Shown: positions 1 through 13,290 of the stretch, one piece after another | Layout: each line of letters starts with the position of its first letter | How positions within the stretch are numbered: the stretch's first letter is position 1 | Source of the DNA: Octopus bimaculoides | Taxonomy: Eukaryota | Assembly: GCF_001194135.2 (NCBI RefSeq) | Contig: NC_068984.1 | Location: 39,417,891 to 39,481,890 of the forward strand | DNA length: 64,000 nt | Reading direction: 5' to 3' | Notes under the pieces: generated by a model | The model's database searches: none | Told to the model about the DNA's origin: nothing | Seen by the model: the letters and a program-made list of their open reading frames with translations, nothing else | Translations under genes and position numbers: made by a program

Positions 1-185
1 TTCGCCTCCCACCACCGCTTGACAACCGGTATTGCTGTGCTTGCGTTCCAGCAACTGAGCGGTTCAGCAAAACAGGCGGATAAGCTTTAAAAAAATAAAC
101 CCTAGGGTCGAATTGTTCAACTAAAGCCCTTCAAGGTGGTACCCTAGCATGGTGGTGCCCCAGCATGGCCGCAGAATAAAAGAAA
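1..185 (+). mobile_element. 3' half of tRNA-derived SINE (long family)
   Basis: Ends in the same 3' block (ggtcga...actaaag...ccagcatggccgcag...aaaaga) as copies at 31016-31125, 47100-47280 and 54910-55145. Confidence 0.75.
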
Positions 186-1273
186 TATAATATATGCATA
201 TCTTCTTTTCATTTTGTCGTTGCTGTTGTTATTATCGTCATTATTGTTGTTGTTGACATTGCTTTTCTTCAGTGTCATGTTTTTGTGTTTGTAGGGGTTC
301 GTTAAACTCATTTTTCTTCTATGTTATTCGTTGAAGTTAGTTCTGTTAGAATATTTTCCAGATGGATTTTTAAACACTTCTAACCTTGAGTGTACCATTG
401 AAACATAGAGGCAGGCATTGCTATTCATCACCCCGCTTTGGCCACCCTATTATCGTCCCATACTTCTTCAACGCCCTCTACTTTTTCAGCCCCCCTCCAC
501 CTTGGATCTTTCCACTGTCCTAGAGAGCAGTACCGCTAACTTTGGGAATCACTGAATTAGGACTTTGCTTTTGATCTTTTTCAGTGTTGATAACATAGGT
601 CCAATGAAATTCTAGGTTGATATATAATCCATTATATTTCTCTCGTAATTCCTGTTCCTGTATCTGTTATATATCATCATCACGACGATGACATCGTATT
701 CGTCGTCGGCGTCGGCGTCGCTGTCGGCGTCGTCATTATCATTGCAAATAATATGTACTTAAAAATGTTATGTATAATATAGCTTTAAGTGCTTATTTTC
801 TACTTACATATGTTGAGAAAAAATCTGAGAAAGCCTTACCCTGGTTCCATTGAATTTAATTAGAGTACCTGGAATCATATTAAGATAGTTATTGAAGTAA
901 AACATTTAATGTTAACGATGTGCTGAAATATTTAAAATTTAAAAAGAATTTACATTATAATTGCAGATAATTTCACATCAGTTTTTGTATAGCAGATTTG
1001 TACTCCTATATGTATATATAGAGTCATCAGATAAGATCCAAAGATGTTCAGTATAGAACACACGTAGTAATGCTTAAATGATACTCAAATAATTTGAACT
1101 TACACTCCGAAGCCTTTATCGAAGACTGAGTCTGCGGCGTAAAGAGTGGCTATGAGAGAAATCCGGGTGAGCTGATATGGAGACAGTGATGTAGATAAAC
1201 ACCCTCTTTGTTTTGGGCTTGATATACAGAATACACATACATACATACATACATACATACATACATACATACA

Positions 1274-1530
1274 TGGGGCAGAGATGCAGGAAAGCAGTAA
1301 AATGTGACAACCGATGCAGACTTTGTGGAGTTAATACCGAAGATATCACCCACATCGTAAGCAATTATCCGAAAATATCTACTGATGAGACATGATGTTG
1401 TAGCTAGGACACTATATTGAGAAAGGATAACCCCGAGGACAAAGAAATAAGACCCCACAATATGGTGGAAGTCATAGCCACTTATAATAAAAAGGAATAC
1501 TGGTGGTATGTCCAAGTGAAAATCTCAATA
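1274..1530 (+). mobile_element. RLE LINE family B fragment (C-terminal CCHC region), 5' junction in (CATA)n
   Basis: Translates to KAVKCDNRCRLCGVNTEDITHIVSNYPKIS...RHDVVAR...EYWWYVQVK; near-identical to 34720-34990; preceded by (CATA)n 1231-1273. Confidence 0.85.
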
Positions 1531-1539
1531 CTACCACCA

Positions 1540-2400
1540 CTCTTCCTGTCCTTTCAGGCCTGTATATTCCCTCTGATGGCCCTTGTCAACTACAATGAGC
1601 CACAAATTTGGTCTGTGGCCCTCAGTAAATTGTTCCTAGGAATTTCAAGTTGTGTTCTATGTTACATTTCTGTAACTCCTCCTTCTCGTCAAATGTTCAA
1701 TTAGGACGTCTCTGTATATCTGAATATTCAAAGGATCCTTAAGCTTCCAAACCCTTCTTTTCCAGACTCGTCTGCGCTTTGAAATCCTTCTAGACTGAGG
1801 TCTGAAGTCACTAATGACGAACCTGTGTTGAGGGGTACATTCTTCACCCGAGAACACCTTTGCATTTATGAGCAACCGTGTAATTCGCTTTCTGGTGATA
1901 ATGTAGACAATCTGGTTAGGCTGGTCACCAGATCGATAGGTTATCAGGCAATTGGTTGGCTTCCTGAAATTGGCGTTGCAGATCATTAAGTTATTTGCAT
2001 CACAAAACTCCAGTAGCCTTCTCTCCCCAGTACAGGAACCAACTTCATGGCCATCTCGTACACCATCAGGATGCTGTCCATGTTCATTGTAGTCACCAAC
2101 CACAAGGTCACTTTCATTTGTCTTGAGGTACTCTGCAAAAGAATATCATAAAATTGATCCTTCTGTTCATTTGGCAGACTCGGTTGCGGGGCATGGACAG
2201 AAAAAATTGTTGCTGTACTACTTTGAAAAACTAGTCTAAGCTTAAGTATTTTATTGCTCATTCTGTCAACCGCAGTCACCTTATCTACCCATTTCTCAGC
2301 TAGAAAAATGCCCACACCACGTACTCCATCATTGTGGCGTTCCCAGAATGTTTCTTGCCTGTGAGGAACCTGGCTGAAGCTCCTCTCTGCCTTACTTTTT
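1540..2400 (-). mobile_element. RTE-clade LINE, APE endonuclease region, frameshifted
   Basis: ORFs 1986-2411 and 1657-2103: GVGIFLAEKWV, SVHAPQPSLPNEQKDQFYDIL, VGDYNEH, RLLEFCDANNLMICNANFRK, ECTPQHRFVISDF. Confidence 0.9.
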
Positions 2401-2578
2401 GAATGCAACATACATCGACATTCCTCTATTCAAACATCTCAACAATCTCATCAGTCCTACCTTTCAATATATCTACACTGACAGTGTCAATTGTAATGAA
2501 ATGAAAGGGGAAGCGGCGAGTGGAAACAAGGAGAAGGGGATTGACATTCAGCATACATGCACACACACACACACACAC

Positions 2579-2613
<35 letters not shown>

Positions 2614-4099
2614 CACACATATGCTCACACGCGCATACATATACACAATAAGATGCTTGGATTTACAGAAACGGCTAATCGTATATGATAAAACAAGGAT
2701 GAAATAGAAATAAACATAAGCATAAAATTATAAAGTATATTAAAGGATATGAAATAACTCACTTTGAAAATGTAACAGTAGTTTTGCAATAAACCCTATT
2801 ATAACAATTATAGCAAAAGTCATATGCAGCTTCTTAATTGAGACCATTTTATTTATCTAAAAAAGAAGAAATAACGTGAAAATTTTGAATGTTAATCATG
2901 ATAATATTTAAGAATGATTATTATTTTTTAATTATTTAACTTGAAATAGGAGTCAAATCTTCAAGTTGTATTCTATCACCTTTAAAAGGGAAGGACAGTA
3001 GAAGACTATGCAGTCTTACAGCCTAAAACTACAGAATGATCATGGCTGGAACACGTCTAATAATAGGTCTGCTGGATCAACAATAAAATCATTATCAACA
3101 AATTCAAACATGAGTAGGGAGGGAATTTTCAAGAGAATCTGATCTCAGGGAAAGAAATGAATATGCAGCATCTTTAGCATGACTTTTGTGGGAGGAAGTG
3201 TTTGACTTATTAAGAATAATGATAAAAGGACATGTAATATAGAGAGTGTAAGCAGCCTTCTAATCCAGACATTAGGAGGCTGCTACAGTAGGAGGGGAAG
3301 AGGTAGAGAGGTAAAACATTGTATGTGTGTCCAGTGGGTACAGCATGTTGAGTTAGTCTTTTCAAATCATCATCAGTGTGGTCTATATTGGATATCACTA
3401 ATATAAAACCGGTACTCAATGTGTATTGCACTTGAGCATTTTAGAGGGTCAGCATCCGCTTTGAGAGGAAATATTTTCTAGCTCTGGAAAGCAAGTCTAG
3501 TGAGATGGCTATGAGAGGCCATTGGAAATTGTGAGTACTAACATCATTGCGTTGTGCTCATACATAAGTTAGTGCAGTGCAAGAACTATTTACACTGATG
3601 TATGAAGAAATTGTTTCTTTGTAATATGAAGGCAAAAGTTGTATGATCTCATTGGACAGTAGTTTAAAGGTCTCTTTTACTCTGGATGAATCTTAAAATG
3701 TGGAATAAAATCTCAGATATTTTTATCAGTATAAAAATTGCTTCGTATGCATGAAGTAAGTCACAAATGGCTGAGTTAATAAAGTGACATATGAATATAT
3801 AAAGCATATATGTAGAGCTCCAGTAGTCTATATAAACTTTAATTTACACCCAGTTCCTAGTATTGATGGGAGATTTAGTGTTATGGCTTGTGAGCCACAG
3901 TATTCTCATGTTGAATTTATAATGCATAATTAATAAGAAGTCATATGCAGCCCACAGACAGGAGGATTTTGATATTTGAGAAAAGAGAAAAGGAGAAATT
4001 GTGACAATTATGCTCTTTTCCTAAGGATATCAATAATGGAAGTGATGTGAGTCCAACGCAAGATTGAATTACAGTCAGACACAGTTTGCCTGCACTTTA

Positions 4100-5420
4100 C
4101 TGCTGACATACAATTGCTTGTGAAAAGGCCATTGGATTCACAATCGTCACCTCTTCCTTGGGAGATGGGACAATTGATTTCTACACAGATTTCTGAGTTA
4201 CACACATACACTTCGAACATCATTGATCTTTATTTTGACTCTAAATGTAAACTCGACCAAACAGACACCATCTCTACATCAATAAGGTCGTCTCACTACT
4301 CTATTACGTCTACCCAACTGCATACCCATATATTATGCAATCTTCCACCCATACACTCTGGCACTTTAAGTCAACTGATTGCTTGAAGCTCTACCAGTTT
4401 TCTACTAATCCTGGCAGCACAAGAAACAGTTAGGTAGATAATTGAAACCGCCCGTTTTCTTTTTTGACAAACGGCCATGCACAACCAAAGCAGCCATCTC
4501 CAAATTTCTAAAGAGGTTCTCTCATAGCTACACTGCAGCGATTCAGGCTAAGAATATAGACTATTACGCTTAGAGGAAACCATCAATTCCTGAACACAGA
4601 ACGACTCTAACACAGCACTACAATTTCTGCAACATCTACATCTAAACCGCACAGTGCTCTTTGTGCATTACTCAGTACGCACACACACATGTCTTTCAAG
4701 CTCCAGTTAATCCTACTTTTAGTTTTGAGTTTAACAAATACTCTACTAACTTGTGGAATCTTTCTTTCATCTACTTTTCAACCATGACAGATCAGCACTC
4801 GAAGAAAGTATCCACATTTACTCCCCACTTCGCAACCAACTGCACACTGCACACACTATGTGCAACTCCTCTAAATAATTTCTTTCCGCAGCACAGGGTT
4901 CATCACTATGCATGCCAAGTGAGAAAATACACTACTTCCGTTCATTTGAAACCAATAACTCTACTGGTTCTGACAATAACACCTTCAACCAATCTGCACC
5001 AAAACTAGCCTCTAGTCTCACCAAACTGTTCAACATCACTTTCTCTATAAGAATGTCTGCTGATTTGGGGGATAACCACAGTATATTCCATTTTCTAGAA
5101 GCATAACCCTTTCGACTTCGCCTACTTCCATCCTGTCGCACTCACTTCCAACATCTCAAAGGTGATGGAGACAACAAAATCTCCTTCAGAGCTTTGAATT
5201 TCTTCTTAATGACCTCCATTACAAGTTTCATAACGCTAGAGCTACTGGAGAGACCTATATCCTATGTCACTCACCAATACGTAGTTACCATCGAGAAATT
5301 CGATGAAATCAGTGATTGGACCTTTAACATCAGCAGAGCTTTTGACTGCATCTGATACGAATCTTGTGGTAAAATTGCCCTCCTATAGTATCCAGGAGAT
5401 TCTGTCGATTGTCTACACTT
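4100..5420 (+). mobile_element. Highly decayed Jockey/CR1-group LINE (end of APE to RT)
   Basis: NIIDLYFDS...SSHYSI (APE end), APKLASSLTKLFNITFS, and FNISRAFDCI (LDISKAFD-like) in decayed frames. Confidence 0.65.
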
Positions 5421-5489
5421 ACACATGTTCAAGTTCCATGTCGGTGTGATATTATTATGGAAGATGCTTTTATTTATATACCTTTGCTT

Positions 5490-5797
5490 TTATTAGTCAA
5501 ACTAGTGGTTATGTGATAGTGTTTGGTGGTTTGAATGCACGGATGGGAAATGAGGAAGTAGAAAAAGTAGTAGGAAAATATGGAATTCCTGGTTAGAATG
5601 AGTGTGGAAGGAGGTTGTTGGAAATGTGTATGGAGCAGGAGTTGGTGGTGGGGAATAGTCTTTTCAAAAGTTCACGTGGTTGAGGGTGGAGGGAGGAACA
5701 GTAGTGGATAGGGCCTTGATGGACTATATATTAATTGATAAGAGAGTGGTAGGAAGGTTGGTGGATGTGCATGTAATGAGAGGTGGAGGTGGAGGAG
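5490..5797 (+). mobile_element. RTE LINE endonuclease fragment
   Basis: VIVFGGLNARMGNEEVEKVVGKYGIPG*NECGRRLLEMCMEQELVVGNSLF...RALMDYILIDKR. Confidence 0.85.
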
Positions 5798-5960
5798 TAT
5801 ACTTAAAAATACTCACCTCCTCTGACATCTCACCATTTATACTCACATCCATCCTACCAGCCCTTCCATCTCTCGAACATCTCATCACCTTACACTTAGC
5901 TACATTCACTTTCAGTTTCCCCCTCTCACACACTCTTCCAAACTCTACCACCAGTCTCCT
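5798..5960 (-). mobile_element. RTE LINE RT C-terminal fragment, convergent with the previous fragment
   Basis: ORF 5724-5951: EFGRVCERGKLKVNVAKCKVMRCSR...INGEMSEEVSIFKY. Confidence 0.85.
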
Positions 5961-5964
5961 CAGT

Positions 5965-6397
5965 TGATTGGGTTATGGGTATTTTTGCCAAATTTGGTGA
6001 AAAATATGTAGTGGTGTATTGAACAGATTTTCACCCTAACCTTAACCCTAACTCTAAAACCCGAACCCTAACCCTAGAACCCTAAAGCTAAAACCAGTAC
6101 AAACGCACGAATGATGTCATAAATAACAGTACCGCCGATAGTTGTTGTTGACAAACAACGGGAGTAATTTCATTCAAGGGAAAAGATCCCATTACACGGC
6201 CACAACGTGTTGTTGACAAACCACAGCAGTAATTGTTTTCACCTCAATAGACGTCAGTGATTGGTTGAAATTACCGAAATACGAAACTTTTGACATGAAA
6301 TAACTTCGAATATAAAATTTTTTCTCTGTTCTATAAGACAAAATATACAAGTATACGAAGTTTTAAAGAGTTTCGGTAGAAAATACACTAAATAAAA
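5965..6397. repeat. Probable non-autonomous DNA element carrying degenerate (CCCTAA)-like repeats
   Basis: ccctaaccttaaccctaactctaaaacccgaaccctaaccctagaaccctaaa at 6034-6095; weak imperfect inverted ends (gggtatttttgcc / ggtagaaaatacac). Confidence 0.4.
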
Positions 6398-6499
6398 ACT
6401 AGATAAAAAATGGTATCCGCCAAATCAGAAAGATCCCCTATTTTTCCCGTACATTGAAAAATATGTGGTGAAAAGATCAATGTGTGGGGGGAGTGAAAT

Positions 6500-7191
6500 T
6501 CCGAGGATTTCAGCACACCGGTGGCAGGCATCCATTCGGGGGAGCCATGCTTTTCACATGGGCAACTTTATGTGGCCTGCTCCCGTGTGGGTAGTAGAAA
6601 CGCTCTTTTTGTGTATGCTACTCAGATCAGAACACGCAATGTTGTCTATAGCGAAGTTTTATAGACAAGTTTTCATTGCAGCCGATGTGGTTATAAACAG
6701 TGATCCGGAAGCATTGGCCGGACATATTCTCAAACCATTGCAACATGACTTATGGACTCTTCCTCTTTTTTATTGGACAATGCTGACTTCTCCAACAACA
6801 ATGCCCACTCGGCTGATATCAGTGATTGGCTAAGTTGCTCATAGAGTTAACCTAGAAGAGACAGGCTCCTTATTTTTTGGTTAAGGCTGTTGGTAAGTTT
6901 TCCTAAGTTACTCCAATCCAGATCCCCAATGCAAACCTTCAGATCAACCTTCTCCTATGCAGATCTCTAATGCAACTTTTAAAAAAACAGTCAATGAGTG
7001 GAAATAACCGATAAACTAATTCCTTATGGGATTTCCCAATCAAATTGCCAGCAAACCATTTTCAGCCAAACCAATTTCAACGGATTTCGCTAAAATCTGA
7101 TGTCGATGTTACTTATTTTGGTTTGAAATAAAGCACTTGATCACTTAATAATCCTAGCTTAATCCCGGGCAACACCGGGATATACTGCTAG
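6500..7191 (+). mobile_element. Helitron 3' end: PIF1-type helicase C-terminus plus terminal hairpin and CTAG
   Basis: 6521-6664 translates VAGIHSGEPCFSHGQLYVACSRVGSRNALFVYATQIRTRNVVYSEVL*; hairpin tcccgg-gcaaca-ccggga 7163-7180, then CTAG (7188-7191) followed by T. Confidence 0.9.
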
Positions 7192-7259
7192 TTACCTATA
7201 TTTCTGTCTAAATTACTCTTATTTACCATAGGTAGTTAATATATATACTCATAGACATA

Positions 7260-7618
7260 GCATGCTGGATCATAGACATAGCATGTCCAGCTGACAACAA
7301 GATATTCGATAAGGAAGAAAGAAAACTCTATAGATGACAGGTTAGCTTGGGAGGTTACGCAGTTGTGGACAATGAAAAAGGTGGTAGTGGCACCAATAAC
7401 TGTCGGAGCTCTGGGAACAGTGAGTAAAAATCTTGAGAAGTACTCGCAACAAATAGGGCTGCAATAAGGGTGGAGCACTTGCAGAAAGCAGCAATGCTTG
7501 GAACTGCTTGAATACTCGAAAAATAAGAGGTGTTACCTTAGTTCACTGGTAGCGAGCAGCTGACACCGTAATACATCTCCAGTGTTAGAAGCTGTGCAAA
7601 GACAATAAAATAGTAGTA

Positions 7619-7667
<49 letters not shown>
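7260..7667 (+). mobile_element. R4/Dong-type RLE LINE 3' end with (AAT)n tail
   Basis: IIDIACPADNKI...APITVGALGTVSKNLEKY...HLQKAAMLGTA, short 3' UTR, then (AGT)/(AAT)n 7612-7667. Confidence 0.85.
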
Positions 7668-7669
<2 letters not shown>

Positions 7670-8400
7670 GGAAGGAAAAGAATTGTACGGTCAGTTTGCA
7701 AGAGATGTGAATGCTAAGATAGATACAGAGGACGAATGTCTATGGATGAGAAGTGACCTGAAGATAGAGACTGGAGCATTCATATGCGCAGCTCAGGAAC
7801 CAACTATATGAAGCGCAGAATAGACAACATTACCGATAGCGACAAACGCAGAATGTGTGGTGAGAAAGGTAAAACGTTATGGCGCATCGTGAGGAAATGC
7901 CCGAAATTTGCACAACGCGAATAAAAAAGACGCATGACAATGTAACAAGAATGATCCATTGGGAGCTGTGTGGAAATCACGGCCTACAAAGAACAAAGAC
8001 ATGTTATGAGCAAACCCCTGAAGGAGTTACCGAAAATGAGAATTGCTAAATCTTGTGGGATGCAATGATCCAGTGCGATCACCCGACCAGACATCGGAAA
8101 CCGGATATTATTGTGGTGGATAAAAAAAGAAAGAACATGTATGATAATCGACATACCATGCCCCGGTGACAACAGGATCAATGTGATAGAAGAAAAAATA
8201 AATAACTATGACGATTTGAAGTGGGAAATAGGAAAGTTGTGGTCAATGAAGAGAATAAACGTGATATCTATAGTAATTGGTGCACTGGGAAGTATCAGCA
8301 CTCAACTACCAGCATGGCTAAAAAAGATTGGTGCAAATTCTTGCTTAGAACTGCAAGAATTCTTCGCAGGATGCTTGAAGTATGGCCAGTAAACAAATTC
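7668..8400 (+). mobile_element. 5'-truncated R4/Dong-type LINE (CCHC + RLE domain)
   Basis: WKEKELYGQFARD...RMCGEKGKT...RHDNV...RKPDIIVVDKKERTCMIIDIPCPGD...IVIGALG; begins immediately after the (AAT)n tract. Confidence 0.9.
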
Positions 8401-8439
8401 AGTTAAAAAAGTAATCGCTGTAAAAACGAAGAGAAAGAG

Positions 8440-11260
8440 AAAGAACGGTGGCCAGATAATCTTAAATACTATGAAATAGATGATTTATGATTTACACACA
8501 CTACTATGCAACACTCTTCCAAAAACATACAAAAATAAACTCGTACCGTAAATACCCAACAAAATAAACAAAGCCCACATGTGCCATAAAAGGCACAACC
8601 TGCGCTGCAGAAACAACATGCAGTACAAAAACCAATACAACAGAAGACTAAAAAAGCCCATAACAAAGCATACTGATACAATAAAACATGACCCCATCAA
8701 AAAATAAATGCTGCATATCCCAGCGCAAAGGTTCAACAAATGATGCAAAATGAAAGTCGCTTGAAATTTTCAGATGTCGGAAAGTAATAGAGATGATGAC
8801 ATCGGCAACGAACTTTACCTTACCTCAGTTTATGAGAGACAGGAGTTTCCGAAGAAACTCTGATAGTAACTGCGAAAATGAAGCTGGACCATTAAAAGAA
8901 TGCTTCTCACTCAGCAGTGGTTCAGTAAAGATGCAGACTGACCACAACTGTTATCCTAATGCAGCATCAGCAGTTAACAGAGTAAAGAGGGGGAAGTGGA
9001 CCAGCGAAGAAAACAAGATAGTGATACAGTGCTACTTGTAAAATGAACATAAAAGAAAGGGCTATAAAAAACGGATGTTAACACTTTGGGTAGAGAAGGA
9101 CATGTTTAAAGTGACTGAACAGAGATTAGTAGATCAAGCTATTGCTATTTGAAGAAAGTGGATGACAGAATTAGAGGTAGAAGAGATCACAATAGAACTG
9201 GAAAGGAAAGGCCAGGCAGTAGGAAAGACAAACAACAATATCAGAGATACAGCTCAAACCAAAGCAGAATCTGAAGGAAAAAATAGTAGCGCTACCAATA
9301 AGAAAGGGGAAACTGGCACCAGCGACTTTAGTGATTTAAGTGAGGAAGATCAGAAGATTTTTAGATGAGTTGCATAACGTAATGAGTAAACAAGTATGAA
9401 AAAGATTGCCAACACCAAAATGCATCATCAGTAGAAAGCTATAAGAACTGACTAGTAAAGTAGATTTTGTTATCAATAGGATAGATACTAAAAATATAGG
9501 AGAAACTAGCTTATTGATCTCTGCAGGAGGCGTAATAGTCGCTAGAAGATTAGATATCTCACGGGAAAAGATTAAAAAAGAGCAAATGTGGGAAAAAGAC
9601 TACAAAATAAAGTGAAGATTTTAAGACAAGATCTGAGCAGAATTGAAGCCTGGAATCTGAACAAGTTAGGAAACACAAGTTACAAATCTTCCCTTCATAA
9701 AAGATAGTTAGGCAAAGAGAAAGGATTTGGGACAGAAATAAAATAGATCAGTATCAACAAAATAGATTGGAGACAGACCAGAGTAGATTTTATAACCAAA
9801 TAAATAGTGGAGAACGAAGTACTGAAGATGAGAAACCTAATGCAGAAGAAGCTAGAAAGATCTGGAGTAATATTTGGGATAAGCTAGTCAATCATAATGG
9901 GGATGCAGTATGGTTAAAGAAAGTGAGTAAGGAGCAGCCAGGTCTAAGATTAACTAGTGCATTAATAAGTAAAGTGTTAAGAAAAATGCCGAATTAGAAG
10001 GGCCCAGGACCAGATATAGTTCAAGGGCACTGGCTAAAGAAATCCAGTAGTTTACATTGGAGGGTGAGGGAACAACTTCAGGATTGCCATAATGGGAGAA
10101 TAATACCAGATTAGATTATTAGATTATTACATATGAAAGATAAGAGCAAGCGTAACACAGCTAGCAACTGTAGACCAATCACTTGCTTACCATTAGCGTG
10201 GAAGCTGTTAAGAGGAATGCTTTGAGAAAGCATTTACGAGCAACTTGACAACCAGAATTCACTGCCAGAACAGAATGGTTGCAGGAAGGCTAGAGGAACG
10301 CATGATCTATTATACATCGACAAAGCATTTTTAAATGAAGTAAAAGCTAGAAAGAAAAATCCACCAATAGCATGAACAAACTATAGGAAGGTCTATGACA
10401 TGATCCCACACTCATGGATAAGTGAATGTTTTAGTACATACAGTATCGTAGACTGCATAAAATAATTAATTAGCTTTAGCATGAAGAAATGGAAAGTAGG
10501 TCTCTGCTCAGATGACACTCTTAGGGAAATTAATATCAAACGAGGAATTATTCAGGGGGACTCGTTGTACCCTTTAATATTTGTCTTTAGTTTGATCCCC
10601 CTCAGTTTAGTATTAAGGAAAGAAAATGTAGGATGTCAGCTCAGAAATAGTAATGGAAAAATTAAACATTTGCTCTACATGGATAATCTGAAGCTTTTTA
10701 GTAAGAATGAAAAGAGATATATTCCTTAATACAAGCAGTAAGACAATTTAGAGCAAAGATGTAGGTATGGAGTTTGGCATAGTTAAGTGTGCAATATTAG
10801 TCATGAGACGGGGACAGGTAGTCAACAGCGAAGGCATCCAATTACCATATGGCCTGACATTAATATCATTGAAAAGAGGAGAAAGTTATAACTATCAAGG
10901 AGTATTAGAATGTGACAGAGTACTAACTATAGAAATGGAAACGAAAATTGAGAAAGAGTACATCAGAAGGGTGAGGAAGCTAACGAAGTCAAAGATAAAT
11001 GGTCCGAGTCTAGTGAAGGCTGTAAATACTTGGTCGGTATCATTACTCAGTAGCTTTTGTAGGTTGGACAAAAACTGAATTAGCAAAGCTAGACAGAAGA
11101 ACTAGGAAGCAATTTGATATGAATGGAGGACTCCACTCAAAGGCAGGAGTAGCAAGATTATACTTACCTAGAAAGGAAGGTGGAAGAGGGTTAATATCAG
11201 TAGAAGACTGCGTGGAGTTATCTAGAGTAGATATAGACTCCCATGTAGGTAATAGTGAAG
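8440..11260 (+). mobile_element. R4/Dong-type LINE with 5' UTR, N-terminus and RT; 3'-truncated, many stops and frameshifts
   Basis: KWTSEENKIVIQCY, VTEQRLVDQ, GPGPD, RPITCLPL, RGIIQGDSLYPL, HLLYMDNLKLF, AVNTWSV, RLYLPRKEGGRGL. Confidence 0.92.
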
Positions 11261-11264
11261 GGTT

Positions 11265-13290
11265 AACCCTAAACAGACAGATCCGTCCCCTAATGTCAAC
11301 GTCTAAGCTCGTCATGCCTCAATGATAACAAAACAAATACAAACCAGATTAGCCGTCAACTGGAACACCAAGGACCGCGTACTCGAATGATGAACCATGT
11401 TGGGTATGAAAAAATCAGCTACTGGTTCAAATTTTCCCGAAACACAGCAGCTGAAAGTAGCCCACAACCAGAATATTCCAACAGATGGCCATCCATGGTC
11501 GTGATCAAATAGCCAAAAGAAAAAAAAATGAAAATGGTCTAGGGGAGATAATAAAAAAGTTCATAAGCCATTCTAACATGTCATGTATTTTTCCACAAAT
11601 AAATCAAATACTGGACAAACTTACTTAAATTGGAGACAGAAACAAACATTATGAAAAAGAAATTACTAACTGAATCAGAGATTGACCAAATTAAACAATC
11701 AGTTAAAGATAAAGGGAACGAAGTTGTAGCTAAAGAAGATACTACAGAGGAAATCATTATAGACCAACCCAAGTTTGATGAAAACGCAATAATGATTGAA
11801 AGAGTTAATGTAACTGATAAGCAAAGTGAAATACTCTCTGAACCAAACAGAAACACTAAGGCAGATGAAAATCAAATAGATGAAGAAAGCCACACAGAAA
11901 TTGATCTAAAACATCAAATCATGATTGAATGCCTGAAAACTAAAGAAACCAGTATGAATGAACGCGACATTCTCCCAAAAATTCGCAATTCTAACCAAAA
12001 CATGAAAGTAATTGGTAAAATCCGCCTTGCGCTTAAGGATATAATTTCAGCTAATGATGTTGATATTAAAGATCTCAACCACCTGTACTATGCATCCGCG
12101 AAAATCTCAACGATTCTACGCGCATTCAACACCAAATTAAGCTACTTAAGTCTGACATAGATTGTTTAAAAAAACCATAAGTTTGACAAGACTATCAAAC
12201 CAACAAAAATCCGAAACTTAAAGAAAAATATATAATGTGAAAACCATACTTGACATCGATACCACCATAGAAACTATCAATCAAAAGGTATGTGCTAAAG
12301 CTGCGCACGTAGCTTGGTATGAAAAGCGCGTTAGACTCTTCAAGAACATGTTAAAAAATAACCCAAAAATTTTTTACACGAAGATAGGGAAAATACCAGT
12401 TACAGTAATGTCTGTCCTATCAAAAGAAGAAATGCAGGAATTTTGGAATAAAATTTGAGCAGAAAAACAACACACAGTGAAAAGGCCCCTTGGATTGATA
12501 GAATATCTACAGATTTAGACTCCTTAGAAGAGCAAAAGTGGGAGGGCATCAAGGTAGAGGATGTAAGATCTGCTCTCAGAAGTCAAGCAAATGGAAGTCT
12601 CCAGGAAAGGATAAAATTCCTAACTTCTGGTTGAATGAATGCCTTCCTAGAGAGCCATGAACTGCTAAAAAAAACTTTACAATAATGTTTTTGCAACAAC
12701 CTAGTATGATTCTCACTTGGCTAGTTAATGGTGTAACATTCCTACTTCAAAAAAAAATGAAGAAACAAATTAACCAAAAAATTATAAACCCATAACCTGC
12801 TTAACAACAATGTATAAAATACTAACATCTGTCTTGACTGAATATACCTATAGTTTTTAATAGAAAGGGGGATATTCCTAATGAGCAAAATGGATGTAAA
12901 CGCGGGTCCTATGGTTGTAAAGATCAGCTACTCATCAATAAGATGAATTTGGAAAATTGTCACAAATGACACAAAACTTGTCGATAGCCTGGATAGACTA
13001 TAAAAAAGCTTTTGATAGTCTACCACATAGCTGGATTAAGAAATGTCTGGAAATGTATAAAATAGCACCTGCTCTGCAAAACTTCTTGTCAGTAAGTATG
13101 AGATCATGGATAACCACACTGACTTCGAACAGTGACAATGAATCTCACAGTGCTGGAGAGGTAAGAATTTCATATCGCATTTTCCAAGGTGACTCTCTAT
13201 CACCACTCCTCTTTTGTCTAGCCTTAATGCCTCTTTCGAAATTGCTCGATGATGTACAATACAGCTATAAAATCTTTGATAAAAATTCTG
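11265..13290 (+). mobile_element. Second R4-type LINE family: N-terminus and RT to just past QGDSLSP; 3'-truncated
   Basis: ORFs 11630-12160, 12237-12458, 12957-13313: AWIDYKKAFDSLPHSWI, IFQGDSLSPLLFCLALMPLS; also WKSPG and NYKPITCL. Confidence 0.9.

Noticed and set aside
3251-3284. 14-bp hairpin, and a 14-bp inverted repeat at 33387-33476
   Set aside because: Short, isolated, with no supporting context; could be chance or remnants of small repeats.
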